Both the position numbers and the translations under genes were made by a program. Below, piece after piece: positions 21,293-37,543 of a stretch of 64,000 nt of DNA. Numbering within the stretch: the first letter of the stretch is position 1; every line of letters starts with the position of its first letter. The stretch lies in the NCBI RefSeq assembly GCF_009914755.1, contig NC_060926.1, one strand, 5' to 3'. The notes under the pieces are model-generated. The model had not been told where the DNA came from and did no database searches. It was given only the letters and a program-made list of their open reading frames with translations. This stretch comes from the human T2T-CHM13v2.0 reference genome, Homo sapiens.

Positions 21293-23597
21293 TTGTGTGT
21301 ACCATGTGGTGGCTGGGAAGTGTTCTGAGGTCAGTTATATACCTGTGCACATGCCAATATCTGAGAGGAGTTCGGGAGTCTTTGTCTTATATTCTTGAAT
21401 TTAGTTGGATGTTAGGAACTAAAGTGGCTTACAACCATAAGTCTGTTTTGATTCCAAAGTGGCTCTCGAACCCTACTATGCCTTAGGTAAGTTTTAGGTA
21501 GCCTAGGGATTCATTGCTATGAAGGTGAGAAACTAAGGAAGATAGCTGCACCATTCCAAGTTGTCATAACAGGATGAAGCTCCCAGGAAAAGCAACTCTG
21601 GAACAAACATACTTTGCTTCCTGGCAAACCTTCCAGCCCAGGATCAACTCCAGGGTGCTCCTAATCTAACAGGACCATTCCAGGCTGCAATATGCTTGTC
21701 TGAACTGTCCATGTTGGAACAGTGGCCACATGGATTTCAGCTGCTCCTCCACTGGGTCTGAGTTTGAAGGTAGTATGTAAGTCTACAAAACGACCGAGGG
21801 CCAAAGCGCAAGGACGGGAGTCCAAAGAGAACCACAGCAAGAAACTGGCCCCTTTGGAGTCTGACAAGGGGTCAACACGAGTTTATAAAGCCAAGTTTAA
21901 GAAATAAGCCAGGAGTAACAAGTTAAATCAGGGTCAAGTGCAAAATAAAGAAGCTGCTAGACATGAACACTAGAAATCTGTTTCGGAACAATGCTCTTGC
22001 CTTGCCTTCTGTCTTCGGGGCTCATGAAAGCACTTTTTGTGTGTTCTTGGTCAATGACAGGGTCCCTAATATGTGGTTATTTTAGAAAACAGATATAAAC
22101 TCTAAAGTGTTTACCTATAAGGTCAGAAAATAGGATAATGACTTATCCTACAAATATAAGCTATAAATGCATCAAGTTCAATGTAGTCACAGTTGGAATT
22201 GTGATTGGGGGACAAAACTGAATTGCATGACACAGAGTGGCCAAATAGTAAATATTTAGTTGTACTGAGTTTTCAATATATTTACCGAGTATCTATGTGC
22301 CAGATCTACATCAGTACTGGAACTACGGTGATAAACAAATGTAGCTCCATCCTTGTGAAGTGCCCAGCCTTGAGAGGAATACTGAAATACTGACATTAAT
22401 CAAGTATTTATAAGGGTAGGGAATGTTATAAAAGGATGTTTGCGGAGATCATATATAGAATATTTGACCTAGTCCAGGAGATCAGAAAAGTCCTCCCTCA
22501 GAAAGTGACATCAAAGTTGAAACTTGGGTGATAAACAGGGTTGGCTAGGTGAAGATGTTGGATAAAGAGGGTGCCGGGCAGAGGGAAGGGTATGTGCAAA
22601 AGTGCAGGTGAGAGAATTTACAGCATACTCCAGGTACTGAAGAGTCCCAGCTTGAAGAGTAGGGGAGAGCATTGGAAAATGAGGCTGGGGAGACAGGCTG
22701 GGCACCATGAAGGGTTGCCCAAGCCTATTCATTCATTCATTCATTCACTTACTTATTTGAGATGGAGTCTCACTCTTGTCACACAGGCTGGAGTGCAGTG
22801 GTGTGATCTCAGCTCACTGCAACCTCCGCCTCCTGGGTTCAAGTGATTCTTGTGCCTCAGCATCCTGAGGAGCTGGGACTATAGGCACTTACCACCACGC
22901 CCAGCTGATTTTTCCTATTTTTAGTACAGATGGGCTTTCATCATGTTGGCCAGGCTGGTCTCAAACTCCTGACCTCAAGTGATCTGTCTGGCCTCCCAAA
23001 GTGCTGGCATTACAGGTGTGAGCCACTGCGCCCAGTCCCAAGCCATGTTAAAGAACTGGTGTTTCTCTAAGGCACAATGAGATGCTCCTGAGTTTTAAGC
23101 AGGGGACTGTCATGATTAGACAGTGCTTTGGAGAAATGACTACCTGCAGTGTAAAAAGCAGACCAGAGTGAGGCAAAAGAGAAGGCAAGAAACTCAGTGA
23201 GGAGGCCGTGCAATATCATCTGCTAAAATTTAAGGCTAGGAGAAGAAACGACCACTGTCACCTTTCACATAGCCTGGCCTCCACAACTTCAAAGAGACCA
23301 GATCGCCCCAAGAAAGATCCTACATGGAAGCTCTATGAGAAATGCTGAGTGAGAAGCTCAGAAAAGCATTTCTGTGTCCTCCACAATAAATGCACAAGGC
23401 CAGCTGATTCTAACAGTAAATTGTAAGACAATTCTCTGACTCTGGAAAGTCCTGAAGTGTGAAGAAATATCAGTAGTTCTGTCATGATGGGAGAAATCTG
23501 TAGGAACCACCAAAGCAGGAGGAAGACGTACAAAAAAATATTCCAGTGAAAACCCGAACACCCAGAATAATCAGTGACTTTAGTAAGGAAACCCTAG

Positions 23598-23891
<294 letters not shown>

Positions 23892-25839
23892 TGAACTCCT
23901 GACCTCAGGTGATCCACCCGCCTTGGCCTCCCAAAGTGCCAGGATTACAGGTGTGAGCCACTGCACCCGGCCTGAAGACAACAATTTTGGATCACAGTAT
24001 GTAAAGCTGTGTCCTGTTATAGCAATGTAAACACATGCCTGCTGTTATATCAGTATAACAGTACTCTAAATGCCTGACTGAGACTCTCAGATCCATGGGG
24101 CAAGCAATGTTACTCTTCTCTAATGTGATCCTTCAGCACACCATAAATAATTCTCAGCAAATTAAGTTCCTTTTCTCCTCTGTCACTAAAAAAAAATACA
24201 CAATGTCAAGGCACTAGCGTGGAAGAGATGGATTTATAGAATGTAAGGACACTCCCCATCTGGATTATCTCTCCTCAAAGGACTTTAGCCACAAAGGGCA
24301 AGGAAGTACAACATCCTTCCAACAGCTCACTGTCTCATAGGTTGTGGCTTGATGCAATCAACTCTGTTTAGGGGAAAGAAAATAGTGTGTGCCTTCGCTG
24401 TATTACAAGCTAATGAGAAAAAATAGTACTGTCCCATGAGGGCGTGTGAGAGAGACAAACAAGCCCAATGACATGCCAGGCTCTATAGGTTCTCTGGCAC
24501 AGCCAGGTTATGGACAGAATGAAGGACCTGGAGTGACATGGGGCTCTCTAAGAACTGTTCACCACTACTCACCTTTCCTGTGCTTATCTACCCAGCGGGG
24601 TCTCGTCTTGATGAAGTAGCAGTCGTGATGCTATCTAAATTTGTCAAATGACCTCTTTCCCAACACGAAGTGCATGAAAAATCTTTTTTTTTTTTTTTTC
24701 CCGAGACGGAGTCTCACTCACTCTGTTGCTCAGGCTGGAGTGCAGCGGCCCAATCTCAATTGCTCACTGAAACCTCCGTCTCCCAGGTTCAAGCAATTCT
24801 CCTACCTCAGCCTCCTGAGTAGCTGGGACTACAGGTGTGCACCACAAAGCCCGGCTAATTTTTGTATTTTTCGTTGAGACAGGGTTTCGCTATGTTGGCC
24901 AGGTTGGTCTCAAACTTCTGGCCTCAAGCAATCCAGATCCACCTGCCTCGACCTCCCAAAGTGCTGGGATTACAGGCGTGAGCCACCGCATCTGGCCTGC
25001 ATCAAAAATCTTTACCAAATAAATGTCATATTGAACAAGAAAACATATCTAGTCCTTCCACTTTCTTCCCTCCCCACCCCCCCATTTATGTTTTCTCCTG
25101 AGTAAATAAGCTCAATGAGGTTAAGGACCCGCTATCAATCAATGCTTGGGTTTAATGTACATAAAATTCTAGTAATCGGTTAACCTTCCTACTAGTTAGT
25201 CATGTGAAACGCAATGTAATATTATATTTACACATAATATGTATAAAATAGAGGAATAATACCTTTCTTTTTAATTTCCCTGCTCTGAATGGAATAAGCA
25301 GGCAGTACTATGTGATTTATTTGAAATAACTGAAAAAGAAAATCCCTTTCCTAGCAGAGGAAGTACTAATTAAGGGGCAAGCAGCAGCAAGAAGATTTTG
25401 AGAGACGGAATTTGTTTTTGGCCCAAGCCTGGGGAGTCTACACCCTCAAAGAGCTTGTAGTCTAGAAAGGCATCGAACACACAGCTACTACGATACTATG
25501 ATATGTACCAGACGCTGCGGCTCACAGAAGATCACATAATATAGTTTTAGGGTGTTACGGAAGGCTTATTGGAGGAGTCAAAGCTAAGATGAGAAGGAAG
25601 AATTAGATGACAAAGAAGAGAGAACAAAGGTGAAAAGGATGGGGAGGTCCTTCAGGGAGAAGTGGCATATGCAGCCACCTGCCTGGGGCATTGTGAGAGG
25701 TCCAAGTGCTTCTGAGTATGGATGCTGAGAAGAGAGAGTGGGACGAGGTAGGGCTGGAAGGGCTGGCAAGGGTCAGCTCAGAAACAAGGGCCTTGTAAGC
25801 CACACTGAAGAATGGGGGTTTTAGCTTGTAGAACTGTGT

Positions 25840-26310
25840 GGCCATCAGCTACCTATGGCTATTTTAAATTCCAATTCACTCCAATTAAATAAAATTAGGC
25901 CGGGTGCAGTGGCTCATGCCTGTAATCCCAGCACTTTTGGAGGCCGAGGTAGGTAGATCACCTGAGGTCAGGAGTTCAAGACCACCCTGGCCAACATGGT
26001 AAAACCCCATCTCTACTAAAAATAGAAAAATTAGCTGGGTGTGGTGGCACACGCCTGTAGTCACAGCTACTCAGGAGGATGAGGCAGGAGAATTGCTTGA
26101 ACCCAGGAAGCAGAGGTTGCAGTGAGCCAAGATTGTGCCACTGCACCCTAGCGCCTGGGTGACAAGAGTGAAACTCCATCCCTAAATAAATAAATAAATA
26201 ATTAACAATTCATTTTCTCTGTCACATCTCAAGTACTCGACAGACACATGTGGCTAGTTGGCTCCCATACTGGTTAGCACAGAACACTTCCACGCTACCA
26301 GACAGTGCTG
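25840..26310. mobile_element. MER3/MER33-like MITE interrupted by an Alu (+, ~25898-26200)
   Basis: cacatctcaagtactc...cacatgtggctagt...acagtgctg motifs around an Alu. Confidence 0.65.
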
Positions 26311-27944
26311 CAGCAAAGAAGATCCACTGGCAAGTTTCAATCGGAAGAATAACATAATCAGATTCGCATTTCAGAAAAACCCCTGCAGCTGCAAAGAAAA
26401 GACTAAATTGGGGGTAAAGTGGGGAGTAGACTGGAGATTCCCCAATAAGATCCATGAAAAAGTTGAGAACTGTACCACAGCACTGATTTGCTTTAAGTGT
26501 TTGCTTTACTAGCTGAAGTGAGCTGAAATATTTTACTAGTTTGGTATTAAGAGGAGTGAAAAAAAATCTCTGGTTAAACATAGTAGGTCTAGGCTGGATC
26601 AGCACGGGAATTTCAGCATTTGGAAATGTTTGTTCTGTGTGCCAGGCTATGGCCCATCACCATCACTTGATGGAAGCAACTACAATGAGTCAGCTTCTTA
26701 GGAGATAAGGTCAAAACATATTTCAGTGAAAAGCCCCAAAGCATGTGTGTGTAAAAATGTGTTTTTTAAAAGCATGTGTGTGTTCATGTGTGTATCAGAA
26801 AGAGAGACAGACAGAGACATTACATAGTAAGAGAGGAAGAGAGTATGTGTGGGGGCTGCTAGAGAGAAAAGGGGTGTGTGCGCATGTATGCATGTCAGGT
26901 TCTACTGGTCATTTGTTGGCTCTAAGTATTTGTATCTCCTTTGCTGGTGTGAGATTCGCTGGAAGAATCTGGATGACAAAAACGATGGTCTGGTTCCCAA
27001 CCTTGTTCTTCTGGCACAAATCTTCCTCCAGTGTTTTGACCAAAGGGACCTTAATTCAAGCCAGGGAGAAATCTGAAAACGATCCTCACTTTTCCTCGCC
27101 CCACCCACATCCAAAATTTACAAAGCTTGTCTTCACTCCCAGCATCCCACAAGCATCTCAATCTGAACACGACAACATTGCACTTGAGATCTTTTTCCCC
27201 AAACTTGCTCCTTCCAGTCGGCTCTGCCGATGGTCTATGACGGATGTGACGCTTGGTCACGCTCAGGACCTCAAGCCTCAGTCCAACGCGAAGAAGAAAC
27301 AAACTATTAGTTATTATGCTTCTGTCAGCTTCTATTTTTCAAACTAAGGTATTTAAGTATGGACTTGGAAATACTCAAACTTTCTGTTTGTACTAATCTG
27401 AGTTAGAACTGGTGAAAGGCTTACCTTAAATGCTTGAGTGGAAATGGAATCTAATCCCAACCCAGAAGCAGCTGAAAACTGGCGGTCTGCCCAGGCTGTC
27501 AGACAGGCTCTGGACACCTGCCAACACTAAGGACCCTGCAGTTCTCTAAGATTATGTGTTAATTTTCAATTACTCTGCTTTTCTGTCTTAAAAAAAAAAA
27601 AAACGCTGGAGAAAAAACTATTCTTGTGTTGACTTGGTGAAATTCTCACAAAGACTTCATACATGCTAGTTGTTTCCTGAAACTATCATTAATTCTTGCT
27701 TTTCAAACAAACTCTATTTTTCTCATTTCACAGGTGGGAAGAGAATCCATGCACTGAGTCCACATATGGATAGTTTCTGACTTGATCACTTTTGTTTTAT
27801 TCCTTTTCTTAGTTTCCCCCAACATCTCTATTGTCCTTGGTCTTAAAAAAACAAAAACATAGTGATTTTTGTCATTCTGCTATATTCTATAGATAATAAG
27901 ATAAACTCTTTACCTTGTCACCCAGTCAGAAAGCCATTTTAATA

Positions 27945-30635
<2,691 letters not shown>

Positions 30636-33600
30636 TACTATTATATTAACTCATCTCTTAATTTGGCCATGTTTTTACAGTTCAGAAATAATATTTATAC
30701 TGTGGCATCTTCTGATCTTCAAAAACTGCTTTTCTTTTTTATGAAGTATAAATTAAAGTAAATATGCTATGATAAAATCTCGCCTTTACCTAAAAGTGCT
30801 AGCAATTAGGACTACTCAGGATTATAGGCTCTAATATTTACCATTTCCCATCCAAAGATGATATTATGTCCCAAGTCAATACATCATCAACAACTGAACA
30901 AAACAGAATAGAAATAATTATTTCTATTTTTGAGAGAATATTATTTGTTGGGAGAAATAAAAGTGAAGTGTTAGGGAAAAAAGACCTCTTCTAAAACACA
31001 TCTATGCAAAAGGAGGTGTGATATAATACATAACACAGTTTTTTTCAGAAGCCACCCAAAAGAGAAGCCCATAGCTGTAATTCCTGAGTACCTCTACCTT
31101 TTCCAGGGACTATGAGCCAATCATTCTGAATCTGCGTTTCCAGAGCGTTCTAATTCCTAGGGTTGGCTTTCTTCTGGGCTTGTCTTACTTTTAGCCTACG
31201 TTTTAGTTTTTCTCTGTTAAGTTCGTTACCACTCATCCATTTGCTTGGCTGCTACCAAAATTTTGTTGCTATTGTTTCTCTTCTTTTTCTTTGTTCTTGT
31301 GAGTTTTTACTTTAAAAAAAAAAAAAAAAGAAACCTCTTGGCTGTCATTTTAGTGGTGTTTCAGGACGAAACAGGCAAATGTGACTTAATATGCCATGCT
31401 ATCTGTTACTTTCCTTTTCCCTAAGTCTCTAAATTGCAATTATCCTATTTGGAGATCTTTACTTTTGTATACTGTGTGTGTGAGTGTTTAAAATGCATCA
31501 TTTGGTTCATGGTTTAATGGGTTAATGAATCACAAAAGGAGATACCCAGGCCTGGTCCAGATGACTGGGTATAAATTGGATACCCTGGACCTCGTCCCTT
31601 TCACAGGAGGTGGCTAAGACTCCTGGGAAAAGTGCGAGAGCGTCGGCAGTTGTACATGGATGGCTGCCTTATGTGAAGAAGGAAAATTCTGGACGTGGAA
31701 ATGTGTACGGGAAGGCTTGTGTGTGTGCATGTGTGCACACAGCTATGTGCTAGGTAGGAAAACCATGGTCTGCTAACAGTCTCAGTTATTTTTCTTTCCC
31801 AGGATCTCTCTCTCTTCTTCTTCTTCTTTTTTTTTTAGAGACAGAGTCTCGCTATGTTGCTGAGGCTGGAGTGCAGTGGCTATTCACGGCATGATCATAG
31901 CTCACTGCAGCCTCAAATTCCTGGGATCAAGCGATCCTCCTACCTCAGCCTCCTCTCTCTCTTCTTTTCTTGGCAGTATACTCTTCTTTGGGGGAAATGC
32001 TTCTTCCTCTGCTCTGATGCCATAGGTCTAACGGGCATGGTCCCTCACATACACACAAGGATGGACAGCAACGCAATCCAGGACACAAGAATCCTTCCTT
32101 GCGTTTTTCTAATCCAAAGGAGGAAAAGCACAACCCCTGGAGGGGCAAGGCTGTAGGGAGGTGTGTGTCTGCAACCATCGGCAGCTTGGGAGCAGCTGTT
32201 CTGCAGTGGCGGGGAGCGAAGATGGCACACGGAGAGAGGCAGCTCGGAGAAGGAGGGCCGCCTGGGGGCATTCCAGCTGCTTTTGTGATCTGTGTACTCT
32301 TCTGCCCTTCCCTTTCTGCTTTTTGCCTTTGCTTTGTAGGTTTTGCCTTTTAAGGTTCGATTTTAATACTTGGAACTAAAGGAGACATAATATTAATATA
32401 CCAACTGAACGCACAAAGCACAAAGTTGCATACTGAAGGCTTTTGTTACTTCCACAGTTCTATGAAATTCCCACAGAATTGTTAAGCTTTAAGTATCCAT
32501 AAACACAGCTAAAGCTTTAGAAGACATTTAAAAATAAAAAAAATTAGCATCATTTTCCATATTTGTCTGAATATAAGTTGACTTAAAATAACAGAACAGT
32601 ACGCAGCATAAGAACACAATTCACATTCTGAACCTTGGGGAAAAAGAGGTCTAGACGCGGGCCTCCTAGGAAATTGGACAGGGGAGGGGTATTTTAAGCC
32701 TATGTTTTAAAGCCTTGAAAAGTTTTTTCTTGTTTGCTTTTAAATGTACTATGTGGACGCTTTTAAAAGAAAGTAAATTTCAAGGAAGTATTTAGCCTAA
32801 GGCAGACAAAATTTCTTTTCAGTTATAAGATATCAATTTAGGGATATTAAAAGATTATTAGGGAGGGCAAATCCCTACAGTAGAACCTCTCGGGAACATA
32901 ATTTATGGTTATCTCACATGACAGTCATCATCTCTGCCATTTATAAGGTCTTCTGTGAAAAGTAAAGCTTACATTCAGATCATCTTTTATTTGGACTAAC
33001 AGCATTACTTTTGGCCACTGTGATTATCACTATTTTTATATGCACTGCCTATTAAAAAGGTAGGAACTAGAGCACTTAAAATTTTTCCTGCATTTTTATC
33101 ACTGTGCATGTTGTTGTCTCATTCAGTGATTGACGTCTTAGGATGAGTTCTAAAAGAAACCTCTTATTCTGGAGAGTAGCTGCTCTATCTCCGCGAGCAT
33201 TCCTGTCTGGGCAGAGTAAGGCTCTGTGGCTGGCAAGACGTGCTGGGCTCCTGGCTTCCGTTAGACTCTCTGGCCACACAGGTCTGTCCACATTCAGAGG
33301 AGGGAAGAAAAGCTGAGGAGTCATTAAGGAAACAAGTAGAATACTACCTGGAAATTTATACTATTTGATTACTGGGGCCATGAAAAGCCAAGTCTATGAA
33401 TTAGGTAATTAGTATCCACATGGTATATCACAATCTCATACTGAATATAAATGGAATCCCCTAAAATCCTGGGGGCTGTAATGGTAGGGTAGGAGCATTT
33501 TGTTCCTATGGAGCCGCTACTCAAGTAATTGTGCTTCTTAATCAATCGGAGCTCAACCTTCTTCTCTGGTCTGCCCTCTGGCTGCCTTTGGTCTGCTGGT

Positions 33601-34411
33601 CAGCCCTTGCAAAGTTTACGATAACCACCTCTAGGGTGGGCTAATTCCACCAGAAAGAGTGGCTAAACACTGACTTTAAGATGAAATCTTAATCCAGGCT
33701 ATAGATTATCTGAAGCAGCTTTCAAAAATGACAGGTATCATTTTGTGACTGGCAATCACAGCTGGCTACTTACAATAAAGCCTGCAGGTGTAACACAGCA
33801 AGCCTGAGGGGTAGGCCTCTACAGAGGTGGCTATGATTATTACTGCTCCCTTCTTTTAGTTTTTTCAAGCAATAAAACACTGTCCAGAAAGCCATGCTCC
33901 TTCTAATAGCCTCTAGCAGCCACATTCAGCTGTGGTCGCCCTCATGTACTCGGGTGACTTAGCGTGACAGAACTAGTAAATGATGAGAAGAATTCAGATG
34001 GGAAATGCTACTGAATGAGATGGTATTCTTATAATTAACAGGAAAACTATGACCTGAATTCTTTGAATCGGCCACCTTATCTGCCTGGTTTTGAAACGGA
34101 AACATCTTTGATCTGGAGTCTGGGTTTGAATGCTATGGGTGTTAAACATAAAAAACTGAAGTCCAAGGACAGCAAGGGTTATCGTAATATCTAGGTAGGT
34201 GGGACAGGCTTAATTGCTTTGTATTCGTCCATAAAAATTCCTTTCCTGCTTGAGAGGGCATTGCTGGTAAATTATTCTGTCTCTTCCTCACTTATTCTCA
34301 CATTCCAGTTTATTTCCTAAGTCATAAAAATAATACATTAAATTCTCACATAAACCCCAAAAGGTAGATATTATTTTTGTCCCCATTTTAGAGATAAAAA
34401 ATTGAAAACAA

Positions 34412-34768
<357 letters not shown>

Positions 34769-36091
34769 TCAGAAAGAGTCTGGCTCAAGAGTCCATGCTC
34801 TGGTGCCCTGTACCACTCAGCTCTGTCCAGAAGCAGTGGCCTGACTCTCTTGCTGCTGGAAAGTGCCCTAGCAAGGCTAAAGGCAAGTACTCTTACCTGG
34901 TCAGGTCCTGAGTCTCCATGCGGGTAATGTGTTATCAGGCCACTCTGATTTATTAAGTCCCTAACTTCTCTCTTCAGGGTAGTCCTACACTTTACTCGTT
35001 AGCTTCCTTGTCAGGCTATTGCCCAAACTTGCTTGATGATAAGAATCAGCTGGAATAAAAATGTAGCTTCTCAAGATCCTATCTTCAGAAATTCCAGTTC
35101 ACTGGGTCTGATGTTGTCCCAGAAATCTGTTTTCAACAAGTGACCCAGGTGATTCTTCTCATCAGTCAGGTTTGATAAACACTGACGTAGGAGTTTTAGC
35201 CAATGGGAACAAACATCATTGTCTTAAGCACTATGTATTATATAGTCAAAATTTCTATAGCATTTCTATAGCTGAATTAATCCAAAGCAATCGGTACATA
35301 TGGCACAAAATGTATTTTTTTCCAGGAAGGACTAGGGGGTGGGCTGGAATGTCTTTGTGGTTTTCTTGTTTCTGAGTGATGACTGTTAGAAAGAATTCTT
35401 TAATGGCCATGCCCTTGAGGGAGTTTTTGCATTGCTCTGGGTCATGGAACAGCTTATACCAAATAGAAAGCCATTTTATATAGTTCTTTTAAGTCCTGCC
35501 TGAGAGAATTTTTGGAGAAGAGCAAATTAAATAAAGAGGAGAAAGAAGTACACAGTTCTCATTCCTTGAAGGCCCCTAAAGCAAACTCCTTGCATAACCA
35601 AAAGAGAGAGACTCAGGCTTTCCAACTTAAATGTTTATAAATCATACACAGAATGATTCAGGAGAAAATTTTATAAGGGATTAATTCAATTTACACAGTC
35701 TAATCAAAGAGCAAAAATGATCTTTGACAAAGAATTCAAAGGCAAAACTGTTGAAACTCACGACTACCAAAATATTGTTTAAGGTTAAAAAAACGGATCT
35801 GAAACGTGCCTAATCTGCTCTGACACTGCCACCACTGCTTGTCACAAATGAAGTTTCCACCTGAGGCACCACTGAAAGCCAAACTTCAGTTGCTATATTT
35901 GTGAGTCGGTGGGGGAAAAAAGGAAAATAAAAAGTAGAAATTAAGACTAAAAGACGGTCAAAGGAAGAGAAAGCAAACCAGTCCTTTCTGCCCTGTGGAA
36001 CAACCTGCTTTTCAGGCCTCATTTCTGGCAGGGGCATCGCAAATCAGTAGCAGAGGCCAACACCCAAGTCGAAGGCACAAGACATACGTAC

Positions 36092-36169
36092 CTCTTGGTG
36101 GGAGTGGGCACTCCAGAGGACATGTGGCTAACCATGGTGTCATTCATATTAGTCAGAGGGCGAGGAGGA
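36092..36169 (-). CDS. DTNB: DTNB coding exon, 78 nt, phase 2-2: (V)[25 protein letters not shown](R/S)
   Basis: Acceptor tcttttctttcag|TCCT and donor AAGAG|gtacgt. The translation matches recalled beta-dystrobrevin sequence after the ZZ domain, and the phase fits the next exons. Confidence 0.96.
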
Positions 36170-36286
36170 CTGAAAGAAAAGACATTTACCTTATATTAAT
36201 AATGACCAACTAGGGGAAACAAGGGAAACGACGATAAGCATGGTAAGAGCAAAGGGACCAATCATCATTCGCGGTAAGCACAGACG

Positions 36287-36376
36287 GACCCATGGGGAGG
36301 GGGGGGACCCATGGGGAAGGGGAGGCCCATGGGGAGGTGGGGACCCATGGAGGGGGGGAACCCTTGGGGAGGGGGG
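36287..36376 (+). repeat. G-rich tandem repeat, ~5 copies of a 16-19 nt unit (GACCCATGGGGAGGGGGGG-like)
   Basis: Directly visible; CCATGG recurs in four units. Confidence 0.9.
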
Positions 36377-37128
36377 TAGAAATCGATACTTCAAGCCTAA
36401 GTAAATTCAGCAAGAGGTTCTCCCTCACAAAGCCACAGGGCCACTGAGCTGTGGGTACCAGAGATGCAACTGATTATAAGCACACTACTGCAGGACGTAA
36501 CTTTGGTGGCTTTTGCTTTGTAGTTTTAGTACATAAGAATTTAAATTCTGCCCCTTAGTGAATTTCTCTACATTTTACGTACAAGATTACTAGGTGTCTG
36601 GCATTCATTGTATATTACAAAGGTCACAACATCGAGGTGCATGCTGTTCCTGAGATTTGGTTAGAGCTCACTGGTTTCCCTCAGACTTAGTTTGTAAACT
36701 TTTAACCAGAACAGACTGTTAAATACCACGTTCAAAAATAAAGACTCTGGAACAAACTTTGATTAATTCTCTACTAGAATCTGAACAACAAATCCAAATT
36801 TTACACCTATACCCTAATTAGAATGTTGTCTTTGATAACCCCTAATCCAAATTTAAACTTCAAGGTTAGCATTTTTGGTAACTTGTCTTTAGCTGCAGGT
36901 TTTCTAGACTCAGGTCCATTTCTCCTTCTTGTGAAAGTCCTGAAGGAATGAATTCAAGCTTCTCAAAAAGGTGCCAGGTATCTTGCCTTCCAGCCATTCT
37001 TCAACCCCTCTCCCTCCCTACCAGGTTCAGCTACAAAAGGGTTCTGTCTTGCATCTGGAACCACATGACTATTGCTAAATACTTAAACTGGAAAATTTCT
37101 CACTTCCTCTTTTAAACTGGAAGAAGTA

Positions 37129-37543
37129 CAGTCATGTGCCACACAATGATGTTTAGGTCAATGACAAACCACATACATTATAACAGATTATAATACTGTA
37201 TTTTTACTGTACCTTTTCTATGTTTAGATACATAAATACCCTTGTGTAACAGTTGCCTCCAGTATTTAGTACAGTCCCATGTTGTACAGGTTTGTAGCTT
37301 GGAGGCTACATACATAGAGTGTACTTACACATACTTGGATGGTTTTGCCTGCTGCAAACCTAGGCTACACCATATAGCCTAGGCTACACCATACGGCCTA
37401 GGCTACACCATATGGCCTAGGTATGAAGCAGGCGAAACCACCTAGGTTTGTGTAAGTACACTCTCTGATGTTAACACAACACAAAATTGTCTAACAAAGC
37501 ATTTCTCAGAATGCATCCCCCATTGTTAAGTTATGCATGATTA
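37129..37543 (+). mobile_element. Tigger3 (Golem)/MER7-type internal-deletion derivative
   Basis: TA|CAGTCATGTGCCACACAATGATGTTTAGGTCAATG ... TGCATGATTA|TA termini. Confidence 0.8.

Noticed and set aside
27051-27160. WDAG/DVGG motifs suggesting an ARF/ARL pseudogene
   Set aside because: The motifs are in different frames, with no P-loop or NKxD nearby.
26745-27347. 200-aa plus-strand ORF as an independent gene
   Set aside because: Non-ATG start in a TG/GA-rich stretch, no recognisable domain and no promoter evidence. Kept only as part of the unexplained-block finding.
34897-35049. 153-nt pseudo-exon on the minus strand (tttttattccag ... CAG|gtaaga)
   Set aside because: Immediate stop in phase 2, acceptor in MER5-like sequence, and such chance site pairs are common. 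No further support.
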